A stretch of 51,141 bases of DNA, the filler included, from Basidiobolus ranarum (Eukaryota): the NCBI GenBank assembly GCA_040143965.1. It is 3 parts of 3 records of this genome, joined end to end, with 100 filler letters (N's around TTAATTAATTAA, not from the genome) between each part and the next. Parts side by side here need not be neighbours in the genome. Positions count along the whole stretch, not along the records: positions 1 to 17,011 come from JASJQH010000318.1; 2 more parts are not named here. The stretch is one strand, 5' to 3'. Below the pieces are notes generated by a model that was not told the DNA's origin, did no database searches, and saw only the letters and a list, made by a program, of their open reading frames with translations. Shown piece after piece: positions 1 to 11,716 of the stretch. Position numbers and translations under genes: made by a program. Position 1 is the first letter of the stretch, and every line of letters starts with the position of its first letter.

Positions 1-502
1 CCTTTTTAGTAGGTAAAACTATATTTCCATTGAATAGAGCAATTATCAGTTCAATCCCTTTTTTATCTTGAACTATATATCGATAAGTAGTCTTTCCTTG
101 TATAATCACGTATAGGATGAGTTTTTACTTGATGAATGAAAATGTCCACATTTATATCTGCGCTTGGAGCAAATAAAAGTGGAGAATCTAATGCAAAAGC
201 AGTCAGTGTGATATACTGGCTATTTCTAGCATTCGAGGATTTATAAAGATTTTTTGATCTTAAAAAATGAAAAAGATCAAATATCAAAAGGGCTTTATTT
301 TGGTAGGTTTTGAATTAGGTGATGAATGTCCAGAGCAAACGAATGAATGCATGGTATAGCCTAGACATCTCATGTAGCTTTCTTTTCTTTGGTGTACACC
401 AATTGATTCGAATAGAAAACATATAGGATCGATTGATGTTGAGATTTAAATGAAATGAATGTTAAGCAGTGTAGAGAAGTCAAAAATACGTTCAGTACGT
501 GT

Positions 503-2444
503 CTAGCGTTTTTCATGGCGTTCTCTGCGATTATCATACAATTCTTGAATCATCGGAGCAATTCGTTTAGACTCTTCAATGACCGTAGTTGAGAATGGTG
601 GGTGGTCCCCAACATGACTGAATATATCCCAAGTAAGTCTACGGTTACTTTTCAACAAGTGAAATCTACGAGTATATTGCTTTTCTTTCCAGTATCTATG
701 GAATGCTCCGAGTAGACCTTGGCATACCTCTTGTCCAACAATATAGACAGGTTTTCTGTTCAAATATTAGCTCAGGTACATGTAGTGACAAAAATTCACG
801 CAATAAGAGCCACCATACCTAGTGCCAATAGCTTCACATGTCATTGTCATAGAATCCCCAGTAACCAGTAAGTGAGTAGCAGTGGCTAAAATTGCGTGAT
901 AAGAGTTTGGTTCATCACCGTTCCAACGTTGAATAGGTTTGTTTTCCTTTTGTAATCTATTGGTTGGATATAACTCAGTAAAAGGGTGGGTGAAGTGATA
1001 TGAATGTCTGCTAGATCAATACCTTTCAATTACAGGTTCTATGGCTTCACGAACCTAAATAGTAATGACATGATAAGCATCCAAAAAAGAGCCTACAAAT
1101 GCGCTTTTGACTTACATAGGATGGAGTATCTGGGGTATACGTCAACATTACTCGGGTATCAAAGTCATTGACTAGTCGCTAAAAAATATATCAAATCAAA
1201 ATATCAATACGTCAGTGGCGGAGTAGAGAAGATATCTTTTATACTCTCTAAATCTGCAAATGTGGATACCTCAATGTCCCTAGCAAATGATTTGGCTTCT
1301 TCCGCATAAAACCTAAATGAAGTATTCTTGCCACCAATCAAAATACCAACTACAGGTGATTTTGAGCTACGATCCAGGAAGATAGGATTAACAAGCACTT
1401 TAGCATCCTGCGACACTTTCTCTAAAAATTTCGGAGTTATTCCATGGAGTATACCCTTTTTTGAATTAGACATTAAATAAGAACCCTGAATATAAAATCA
1501 GACAAGTAAATTATAATACCTGAGTGATAATGCAATTCTTTTGAAATGATACAGTCAAGCCTTTGCGAGCTATGAAATCGTTGATGCTCAGCTTTGGATT
1601 AGAATCAAAGAAAATGAAAGCCACCTACTAAGCTTGACGTATTCATGATTTGGTAGCACAACAGCATCGAAAAATCCAAATGCCAACTTCGGATTGCTCG
1701 TGAATACTATATAGATAAGTGTGAGGACTGGTTTCAAAAGCTTTTATAGCAGATATATAGTTACCTGAGACAGTCTGATGTTGGCTTGCCTTGGCAACTT
1801 CAATACAGGCTGCTACTGTCTGAATTCCATTCCCAATGACAAATTTTGGAAGGGGTGGAGTAAGTGGGGCCGAATCAGAGGATTCCAGAAAGAATGCAAA
1901 TTGACCAGAAGTATTTACTTCAATATAATAACCCAAGTTAGATGTCAAGCATGATAATATTTGGTTTAAAAATATACATACAAGATTTTGGGGCTCCACC
2001 AAAGCTGAAATCTATAAAGGTATAATATAAAGTTAGTGAGAAGAGGTTAAATGTGCATATATAGATATATTATTATATTAACTTGATCGAGTTCCCATGT
2101 AACGAAAGTCGAGAATCCATTTTTGTACGTTAAGTGGAAGCCAGTTGTATGCTAAGATAGTTAAAATCTCTTAATATTTGGTCCATTTCTGAAACTAAAG
2201 CATATATCACTATACAGTTTTTCGGTACTACACGTTTGACTTCGAAAGGGAGACCTAAAGCTTCGGCAAGTGCAATGGAGGGTGCTTCATTTTTAGCATT
2301 ACCATCCCCAATAACCCAGATTTCAGAAGCGCCCTGCTTCACAATTTTCGAGCTATGGAGACGAATTTGCCCATAGCCATGAATAACTGAGGTGTTGAAT
2401 AGACACCTAGAACGGATTAGTGGAAGAGACCGAGGAATTAACAT
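503..2444 (-). CDS. ELM1: Mitochondrial fission ELM1-family (Mito_fiss_Elm1) protein, multi-exon
   Basis: Manually spliced exons give IWVIGDGNAKNEAPSIALAEALGLPF, NPKLAFGFFDAVVLPNHE, LHGITP, VVGILIGG and WNGDEPNSYHAILATATHLLVTGDSMTMTCEAIGTRKPVY. These match, in order, the recognised ELM1 blocks (..DG..G.E....LAEALG, P....FD.V..P.H, LIGG, WDG..PNP....LA.AD...VT.DS.SM..EA...GKPV). ATG at 2444, TAG at 503-505. Confidence 0.85.
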
Positions 2445-4377
2445 ATTTTCACCTCTAAAGACAGAGGAAGTAGGTTAGCCAGGTGTCTCAGAAAAACTCT
2501 GCTGATCAATATTCGTAAATCCAGTCTCCATGCAAAATACAAATTTTTGCTCGCAAATTAACATATTGATTTCTTCGATAAGTTTAAGCCACCATTATTC
2601 ACAAAATTATCCCAATTTACTCATCAGCAGAATTTAAACTCATTTTGGAGAATAAAATGAGTTTATTAAATATTGGGTTTTCTGTGTTGATAATTAAATC
2701 TAGCATATGTTCATTCAAAGAGTATACAAGCTGCTAAGCTTAATCAGCCTGAACGATGTCAAAATTCAACGTCACAACAAAATCGCTATCGAGTTGAATG
2801 GCACCCTGCGAATGGGATTCACTGCACAAGCTTTGACAGTTTTAGTTAGCAAAGAGTTCTTCATCAGTTTGTAGGCGTTAAAGACTTTGGTAGTAGTAAA
2901 GAAACTCTCATTCATAAGTCCCAACAATGTTATAAACATTTATGAAAAAGAGGTAAACGATATTAGTTTTATATTATCTGTTAGACTTAACTAAGATATC
3001 ACCATCATCAACGTATTTCTCTTGACCTTGATAGTAGTTTTCACCCAAAGTTAATTATCATTCCTGTATAGTGAGCATACCTGTGGCCATCCCAACCCTA
3101 AGAGATGACTTCCAAAAAGCACCAGGGTGAGATTGAAGTAGATGTTAAGAAAACCACGACTTTCGTCACTACAGATACAACTGGAGCCTATATGTTACAG
3201 CAGAGGTTGATCAATCTTGAAATATTTTCATCTACCTTGATCCGTATTAATTTAGTATTATGCCCAGTATGGAGTCTGACTGATATTGTCCATGGAGTAG
3301 CATGTAGTTATCTTCATTGTATTCCAACCACTACCAAATGTGCTGGCGATTAACTGAGTTTTTCAAAAGATTAACAGAATGTATACCACTACCAAAAATG
3401 TTACTGAAACAGCGGGATCGGTATTCCCTTAAAGTGTCTACTTGAGCAAGAAGATCATCTCATCGATCTGCATTGCTACAAAAGAAGGGGTTAGGTGGAT
3501 TTTACTGAAGTATGAAGCTCAAATGCCAAGAACACATCGAGAGGTTGGTAGATACGAAGAGATTAGAGGGCCTAATAAGATTATACAGGTTTAGTATGCC
3601 CACTCTTTGTTGGATTATTGACACCATATTCAGTGCCCAATGCAGTTTCCTACTTGAGGACCGTATCAAACACGGGTGTGCTCCTACAAGTATCTCAATC
3701 CTTGACTCTCATGAACGAATTCGCAAATCAATTACTTTATTGAAGAATGTTTAGATCGGTGAGGTGAGGGTGCCACCTGCTTGGGATATTCATGATCATG
3801 GATCAGTCACATTTCCAACGATCATTAAGTTACACCATATTTTCTATTTTAGGCTAGTATCAGCATAAGTCAGATAAGGAGAGTGGACGTTGATTAGTCG
3901 GTTGTCTTTGCCTATTTTGATCTTTGTTTCACTTTTGATTTGCCAGAATGAACCCAATCCAGCATGGTGAGTATTTTTGATGGGTAATAATATGGAGACT
4001 TTGAGTGGTGCCTCGCTTGTCCATCAATGTGTCACCATAGAGAATCTGATACAGATTTCTGGGCTTGACTTTTGGATTAATAGTTTAATTCATTCAAATC
4101 ACTACTTCGAATTTATTAAATGACTTAAATTGTTTTGTTAATTTCGACTGGGTAATGACTATGAACACGATTAGACAAGCAAGCTGATTTCAAAGTTGAC
4201 CAACAGTGAATCACTTGCGACAAAAGCCTCACTTACAGGTTAAGAATTTGTGGCAACAATATTTTCAACGCAAAATCAAACAGGTATATCAGTTAAATTG
4301 GGGAAGAACAAAAGTATGTTAGAATATGTGAATTAATTATAGGGAAAATATGAAATGAGTATCCAGTGGCAGAGAAA

Positions 4378-5994
4378 TTATTGCCCACTAGTATAGCGTT
4401 GCTCAATGAACTCAGCCCATTCGGCATCCTCCTGTTCTTTGCTACATTTCTCCAATTTGATACCACCTTCACGCTTGACAAGACGCACAAGTTTACCAAA
4501 TACTCGAACGCGAATGATTTGTCCAGGAACAGCAGGGAAGAGACGATCACGAACGGTGACGCGCACGAAGCAACATACCACTAGACCAACCAAAACGAAT
4601 GCCAAGATCCAGTAAACGTTTGTGGTGTATAGGATTGGATTCTTTGGGCCATATGTGTTCTTTAATGATTGGAAAACTGCAGTAAATACTAAACCACCGC
4701 CTACACCAGCAATGGACCAAGCGGTTAGGATGATACCGTGACACGCACCAATGTTTGTAGGTCCAAACATATCCGTCAAGAAGGCGGGGATTACTCCGAA
4801 GCCACCACCATAGCACGCGGTCAACACCCAAATACATAATAGGAATGCCCAATAGGTGCCTGTTGTGACAATGGATTCGAATGCAATCAAGATCACTGCT
4901 TGACACGTCAACATTACTAAGTAGCAGTTTTTACGGCCAACATAATCGGAGATGGTTGAAAAAAAGATACGACCAAACAGATTGAACCCTCCATTAATGG
5001 ATACGATGGTAGAAGCCTCATCTGCTGACTTGCCGAAGAGATCTTTCAACATGTTTGCTAATCGAGAAATGACCACTAGACCGAAGATAGCATTTGCAAA
5101 GAAAGCCATATACAATAGAACGTAGTCTCGTGATTTAATGGATTCAATCAAAGTGAGCTTGATTGTGGGCTGTGTTTGTACATTAATCTTAACACTCTCC
5201 CCTTTCTCACTCTGCGTGACCTCAGTCACCTTTCCATTCTCAACAACATAGCCTGGAGGTGGAATACGAATCACCAGGGCTGCTAGTGTCATACAAATGA
5301 AGTAGCATGATCCAAGAATGACAAAGGTCAATGGAAGGCCAACGGCTGCCCTCAAAGTGTCCGGAATTTTAGCAATAGCGATTGATCCAGCACCGAATCC
5401 ACAAACAGCAAAACCAGCTGCTAAACCACGACGATCTGGGAACCATTTTTGCAAAGCGGAAACAGGGGAAATATAGCCGAGACCAAGCCCAAAACCACCG
5501 ATGATACCATAACCGATATACAATAACCACATCTGCTTGAAATGGATAGCAAGTGCAGAAATCATATTACCTAGGAAGAATAGAAATGTAGAAAGCAGAG
5601 CGCCCTTTCTTGGACCATTTCTTTCTAACCAAGGTCCCATAGTAGCTGAAGATAAGCCAAACATACCGACCGCGATAGAGAAAGTAATTGGTGCTAAACC
5701 TGCGTTCGCATCACCATTCACTAAGGTATCAATGGGGGTGTTGAACACACTCCATGCGTACAATGAACCGCAACAGAACTGAATGATTACCGCCGCTGGA
5801 AATAGTAACCAACGATTGAAGACGACGTCACCATAGAGATAGCGCTCCCTCTCAATTTGCTCAGGACTTCTGTTGCTGGCAGTGGTACCGTAGTGCCATT
5901 GTATAAAGGCAATAATACGATTTGAAGAAGTAACAGGGTTTGCTGGATTTGTTACATTCTTATTTACGATCTCCATTTCACCATCGTGTGCCAT
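4378..5994 (-). CDS. MFS transporter, oxalate/formate antiporter (OFA)/monocarboxylate-like, single exon
   Basis: Uninterrupted ORF with about 12 hydrophobic segments. Motifs FNRWLLFPAA..GSLYAWSVF, GPWLERNGPR, YISPVSALQKWFPDRRGLAAG, SDYVGRK, YGGGFGVIPAFLTDMFG. First ATG at 5992-5994. Confidence 0.92.
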   Translation of the reverse strand: MAHDGEMEIVNKNVTNPANPVTSSNRIIAFIQWHYGTTASNRSPEQIERERYLYGDVVFNRWLLFPAAVIIQFCCGSLYAWSVFNTPIDTLVNGDANAGLAPITFSIAVGMFGLSSATMGPWLERNGPRKGALLSTFLFFLGNMISALAIHFKQMWLLYIGYGIIGGFGLGLGYISPVSALQKWFPDRRGLAAGFAVCGFGAGSIAIAKIPDTLRAAVGLPLTFVILGSCYFICMTLAALVIRIPPPGYVVENGKVTEVTQSEKGESVKINVQTQPTIKLTLIESIKSRDYVLLYMAFFANAIFGLVVISRLANMLKDLFGKSADEASTIVSINGGFNLFGRIFFSTISDYVGRKNCYLVMLTCQAVILIAFESIVTTGTYWAFLLCIWVLTACYGGGFGVIPAFLTDMFGPTNIGACHGIILTAWSIAGVGGGLVFTAVFQSLKNTYGPKNPILYTTNVYWILAFVLVGLVVCCFVRVTVRDRLFPAVPGQIIRVRVFGKLVRLVKREGGIKLEKCSKEQEDAEWAEFIEQRYTSGQ

Positions 5995-8900
5995 TATTAT
6001 AATAAATGTGAAACTTGAAAGGGGAAAAGAAGAGTGAAAATGAAGTGTAGCTTGAGAAATCACTTAGGAAATCCACCTCTATTTATATTTTGTGGGAGAC
6101 AGAAGCTTTACTCGTTCAATCAAAAACGTTTATTACAATTGGATAAAGCATAGGCAGTTGGAAAACTCTCACCCGACCATGAGAAACATTCATTGGAACA
6201 TATGCTTTGCACCACCTCATCAGCTTTAATGATCTTGTTTTAACTTCCTTTCTGGGGAGTTGATCTATAAGTTTGAGTAACTATCACACAGTATCCATAT
6301 GTAACGATATCAAATAGTAGTATATTCCAATTGCAGTGTAGAGGAAATGAGTCAGAGTTCGAATTTTAATTTATTCTAAAAGTAGAAACCTTTGAGAGCT
6401 GCTTTCCTTATTTTTGAAATAAGGTTTTAACGCTAAACGCTAAACGTATTATAAGTTATCGGTAAGAGATAAAGTTTAGTCTATAAACTCAATGTGCCTT
6501 TAGCTTCCACACTAAACTTAATTTCGAGGGAAAATAGTCAAACCTTTACTTCGCTTACATATTGCTTAGTTCATTATTGTTTCAACAGCTATTTTTACCA
6601 AGTTGGTTTCTCTATACCAGACTACCCATGTATTTGGTGCCTGCCAGGAACATCAGTAGTAATGGTTTTAGTCAATTCGATATTTCATCTACAGTATGAA
6701 TTTATCCATTGGCAAGGATATCTATAATATGTACAACTCAGATTAAGGCTGTTGAACTGTGGTTCAGGTTTAGATGGCTGACTTGTTTCACTCACGAGCC
6801 ATTTGTACAATTAATAATTTTCAGAGATTCTTTTTGTGAAACATTGGCTGGTGTTCCATGATGGTAGTATACCTGTACTTGAAAGGAGCAGTAAGTAGCT
6901 TCATGAGTCCAACTTTCCTAAATAGCCACTGATTCATATGGATAGAAGTTGGCAGTTTTGAGGGTTCAGGCGAGGCCTATCACGCATAGTATAAATCGGA
7001 AAATAACATATTTCAAATAAACAAAGCAGCCAAGCCATATTGGGACGTATTCACTATATTACTATGTGATGTTCTTGAAATGATGAGCGATTCCCTAATA
7101 CTTGTTTGTGAAAACGGAGACTACTTGACAATCATTTTACTTGCTGGCCAAGTTACTCATTCAACGCGAGCTAGAAATACACCAGATTGAGCTACTGGCT
7201 GTTTTTAAAGTTGTCAATTGAGCTTGGCACTGGATTGGGATACACATGATTGTTAAACTTGAATCTGGAATGAGTCCAGGAGAGGGATATTGATGCTGAT
7301 TTTGGATTATTATAGTCGCACTTTTCGTTGAAGTGGCTACTCCAGATTAATATGGTTTAAAGCACCACTCCTTTAGCTTATAACTCAAACAATCATGAGT
7401 TATACTTTTTGTTCTTAGCCACGCTTTAGACCGCACTATATTTTCTGAAACCTACCATTAGCAACCTTATCCAAAGTGGTTATTGTAATCAGGATTCCTT
7501 TATGCAATTCACTTTCCTCAGCTCAACTATTATTGAACAGCGCTTTAATTACTGCCTGTGGTTATCGGTGGGAAAATTGGTTGATAATCTTTTCAGGTTC
7601 AAACCAGCTAATCTGCATGTTGAAATGTGATAAGTTAAAGTGATGCTGGTGTCTCGGAGAACTTCACATCACACACCCTCTGGTGAGAAGGTTGAGTTCA
7701 AGTTCAGGTTGAATGGGTAACTCTTTTCCCCAGATCACAATACCCATATATAGATAGATTTATCGAATGAAAGTGTGATGCTAGGTTAAGAAACATTCGT
7801 TCGATATAGCAAATCAGTTCTACTGAGGTCAGACGAGTGACTGTCAAAAGATAGCAACAATGGATTGGAGCGCTTCAACACACCTGACTTGAAAAATAAA
7901 TGAAGAATTAATTTTATTTGCTATTGTGCTGAAAATTTATGCAACGAATTTATATTGGGATGCAATTGCCAACTACACTGAGATGCGGAGAATGAGAAAT
8001 ACTCTGGGAGCCAATGGTGAAATCTCTGAAGAGTGTTTATTATGTTGCGTATTAGATTGTAGTACTACGAACAAAGGCGCATCAAGTGATTATATGAACG
8101 ACCCTCCCCGATCAGAAATGAACTACTTTTATGAATTAATCTAACAGATTCACCAACAGAAAGGCCACTTACTGGAAGTGAAATTGAATCTTCTATTCCT
8201 GAGAAACTTCTCGGTTAAATTTAATGAAATATGACTGTCTCATTTAACCAATTTTCAAATGGATTGAGTAAGGGTGAAAGACGATTGTAACCGGGAATTA
8301 GATTAATTTGACCTTGTAATATAGCCAGAAAACTGGTAGAGAAATCAAGTGCTCTTTTGTCACGTGTGACCGTAACCTCATTGAACCTAGAAAAGAATAT
8401 TATATCATCGTGTCATAAGAACTCAATATGAAAAATTAGCTTAAACTAGATTATGTTTGGGAACATGGACCGTAGGAAATCTAAAAAAGGTCGAGTAAAT
8501 TGCCCTTGTTCAGTATTCCTTGTTCTGTTTAAGGTGGAGGCGTATTTTAATCTATTCGGAAGACTATGCAGATGCGTTTAAAGTAAATTCTAAGTAGCAT
8601 CGTTTGGAATGCCTGTTATTATAATATGGGAGAATACTCTCGATCGTTTTCGATCAGGTCAGTTTTAGAAAAAGGTAGATAATGCTGCACCAGGTTTTTG
8701 AATTTCTAGCTGGTTGTTTGAGCTGACACATCTTGAACTTACATATGTATTGTAAACTGAATACAATCGTGATAGCCATATACGATCTTGGGGGTGAAAG
8801 AGTCTGCTCTTTGTAGGTAGTATGGTTCAATCTTTGTCTTGATATCTTTATCATATGAGCAATCCATACCAGAAAACCTTAGATGATTGTGTTGGGGTTT

Positions 8901-9339
8901 TCATGAATATCACTCATAATCATATCGATTTATGTTTGCATAATGGATCGAGGATGCTGGTCAACAACAATGCGAATACTGGCACAAAATCCATCACAAG
9001 TTTCAGAAACCAATATCAGAGTACATATATTATCTAAGATGTAATTGAATCGATTGTGGTGGGAATATTTGTTAGTGTTGAGGTAGATTATCGAAGATTT
9101 CTATCACTACTCAGAATAGCTTGTGACATAGCATAATATATATGCTGTGTATTAGAGTCGAATCAGCTGACTAACTTACACTGGTTTTTATAAGCTCTAG
9201 TAGGTGCACTGTAAGAGCAGTGTCGATTTCACTCTTTTCTCGTGTTTACTTTTTATTCCAATAATGTGAAAAGTTAACGAATCCCGGCAGGCTGGCAGTC
9301 AGTGAAACTGACTATGGATTCCACCCTGGCTCCATTTCT

Positions 9340-10050
9340 CTTAAGTGCAGTTGTTGGACTTTCCTTAACCTTTTCCATTCTTGGATCTTACTACTTTAAG
9401 TGTATAGCATCTGTCGCCTTGGTGATTCGCATTTTACCCTTCCCCAGACTATGTGGTTGAGAGTGAAAAAGTGGCTGAGGTCATGTAGAGCGAGAAGGAG
9501 AAGGGTGAAAATAATGTGCAGGCACATTCTACAATCATTTGCTACTAGGTGATGCTAACACAAGCCGAAGGATGGTCTTGATAAGATTCGATTCCATTCT
9601 CAAAAAATACCTACTAGGTGCTCCTATTATGCATCTGAGTACTGACCGCGTGTCATGATGGAGGCTTCAGAGTGATCCCCGCTTTCTTAACTGATGTATC
9701 TGGATCCACAAACAGTGGTGTGTGTCACGGAATGAAATCATCCCAACTGTAGGTCTATTACTGGTGGAGATGGTGATTTGGTGATCATCATAGTTTTCCA
9801 ATCCCTGATGAATGTCTATAACACAAATGGCCCTGTTCCATACATTACACAACACAGGCTTACTGGATCTTGGTCGTTACTGTGATTGGCCTGATACTTT
9901 GTGCCAGCAGCGTCCATAGCTTTAGGCTGCTTCGAGGCAGTACATGGGTTGAAGGTTTCACAACGAGTATAATGGTCCTGCGTGACTAGTGCTCTATGTG
10001 CATCATAAAGCTAACCAAGTGGTGAGTATCATTGAGTATTATACAGTGGT
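9340..10050 (+). pseudogene. Decayed inverted copy of the 3' half of the neighbouring OFA-type MFS gene
   Basis: Translates as SAVVGLSLTFSILGSYYFKCIASVALVIRI, YVVESEKVAEVM*SEK, ACHDGGFRVIPAFLTDVSGSTNSGVCHG and YWILVVTVIGLILC. The intact gene reads AAVGLPLTFVILGSCYFICMTLAALVIRI, YVVENGKVTEVTQSEK, ACYGGGFGVIPAFLTDMFGPTNIGACHG and YWILAFVLVGLVVC. Contains stops, frameshifts and large deletions. Confidence 0.88.
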
Positions 10051-11716
10051 TTGCTCTTTTGCTGCCGATATATGCTATAGAGGGTCCCAACATATTGGTT
10101 GTAGCGAGAAACCCTCCATTAGGCAATAATAATGTAGGATATTAATTATGTCAGTTTGGAAATAAATATTATCGTGGATTCACCCCATAGTCTATGTGTA
10201 ACACAGTATTGGTTACACAGAATCAATATATGTTTCAGACTTCTATTTTAAACAGATCTCCCAATTATATCATGCGCACTTTCTGAAACCTTATTTTGAC
10301 AAATCCTTATCTTGTGTTGTGTATTACCCAATCCCTATTATGAGCGTAGTGCCAAAAATAGATTGAGATTACTGCTGGATATATTTATTATCCCAGGTTG
10401 ATATCGGCCAACTTTTATACCAAACCGTGGTTGGATAGGCGCGGTAAGATTTATCTTAGATAGAGGATCATTTTGTCAAGGCAGTAATCTCAAGTCGTAC
10501 GGTATGAAAATACTTGCTAACTCTTAAATTCGTGAGTGTGATAGTGCAAGAGCTCGCATACTAGTTTATCAAGTATAGTGCCACTTAACGAGTGTATCCA
10601 AGAATAGTAGAGTGGTTATCCAGTTTTTGGGTTGTCATAGTGTTCGCTTTTAGAATGAATTGATACACATGTATCTTCGCACTATTCTTCACTCTATAAT
10701 TAACAATTCTTACTTTTTATTTACAATATGCGAAGTGTATCACAATAGTAGAATTGAATAGCCAATACGGGAGTATAGTGTCATTTGTAGCATCGAAGGG
10801 TTTCGAATAGTAATGGCTATATCCTTTTTGTATCGAAATGATTCATACTGATTATGGCGTAGAATTTATTTCTCCACTTTTCAATCTTTTGCATTACCGG
10901 AAGGATCATGTATCCAGGCAAGTTGTAAGCCATTGATTCAGTAAAGAGGCTCCAATGAAAAGAAAATATCTATATGGGATGGCTAGGATACTTTGTAGAA
11001 GTTAATTACAGGACCCTGATGAAGCAACAATAATGATGCTACCGGATATTCATTAGATAGCAGAGCACTCTTGACTGCAACTCTAGGATGTAGAGCGTAT
11101 CTCAATAGTTGCTATCTAGATGTAATGTTCGTCTGGTAGATTCTTGTATATTGCACGAATCTACCATCCATATGAGGTTTGGGCTTTAGTCGAATCATTG
11201 TATCATGGCGTAAATTCAAGAAATAACTCAAATATTTGATCCGATCACTTTTGAAGGTATAGTGTGTGGCTTAATGATGACTATAAATATCAGTTGTTGT
11301 TTTACAATCCTCTCAAAGTTCAATAGTATAATCCGCTTCCTTCTACACACTCAACATTTGGGTAGGAGAAGGAAAAGCTCTGAATCCTTTCTTTTGAAGT
11401 TTCTTTTGAGTCGGCAATGATACAAGTGAGGCCTCAGTATTGTGAGAGTATACTTCCACAAGCTGAAACTCAGCTCTCCGATGGCATATACGTTAATTCA
11501 CTAGGCTGTAGTCATGAGGAAGCCTAAACTTCCGCATTTAGAGGGTCTATTGGGAAGACTATTTCAATACGCAATACGCAAAACTCAAAATTCTTCCTTA
11601 CTGATGTCGATAAACAGACGCTACAATGTCGTAACTAGAATAAGACTTGGGTAATACTTTATATATTGTAGAATCAAGTACTTTACAAAACTGTACAAAT
11701 TTTCTGCCAAATACAT

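Noticed and set aside
2750..3800. Possible decayed gene on the minus strand (fragments such as STFGSGW, ETALGTEYGVNNPT)
   Set aside because: Fragments are too short and broken to assign without a search.
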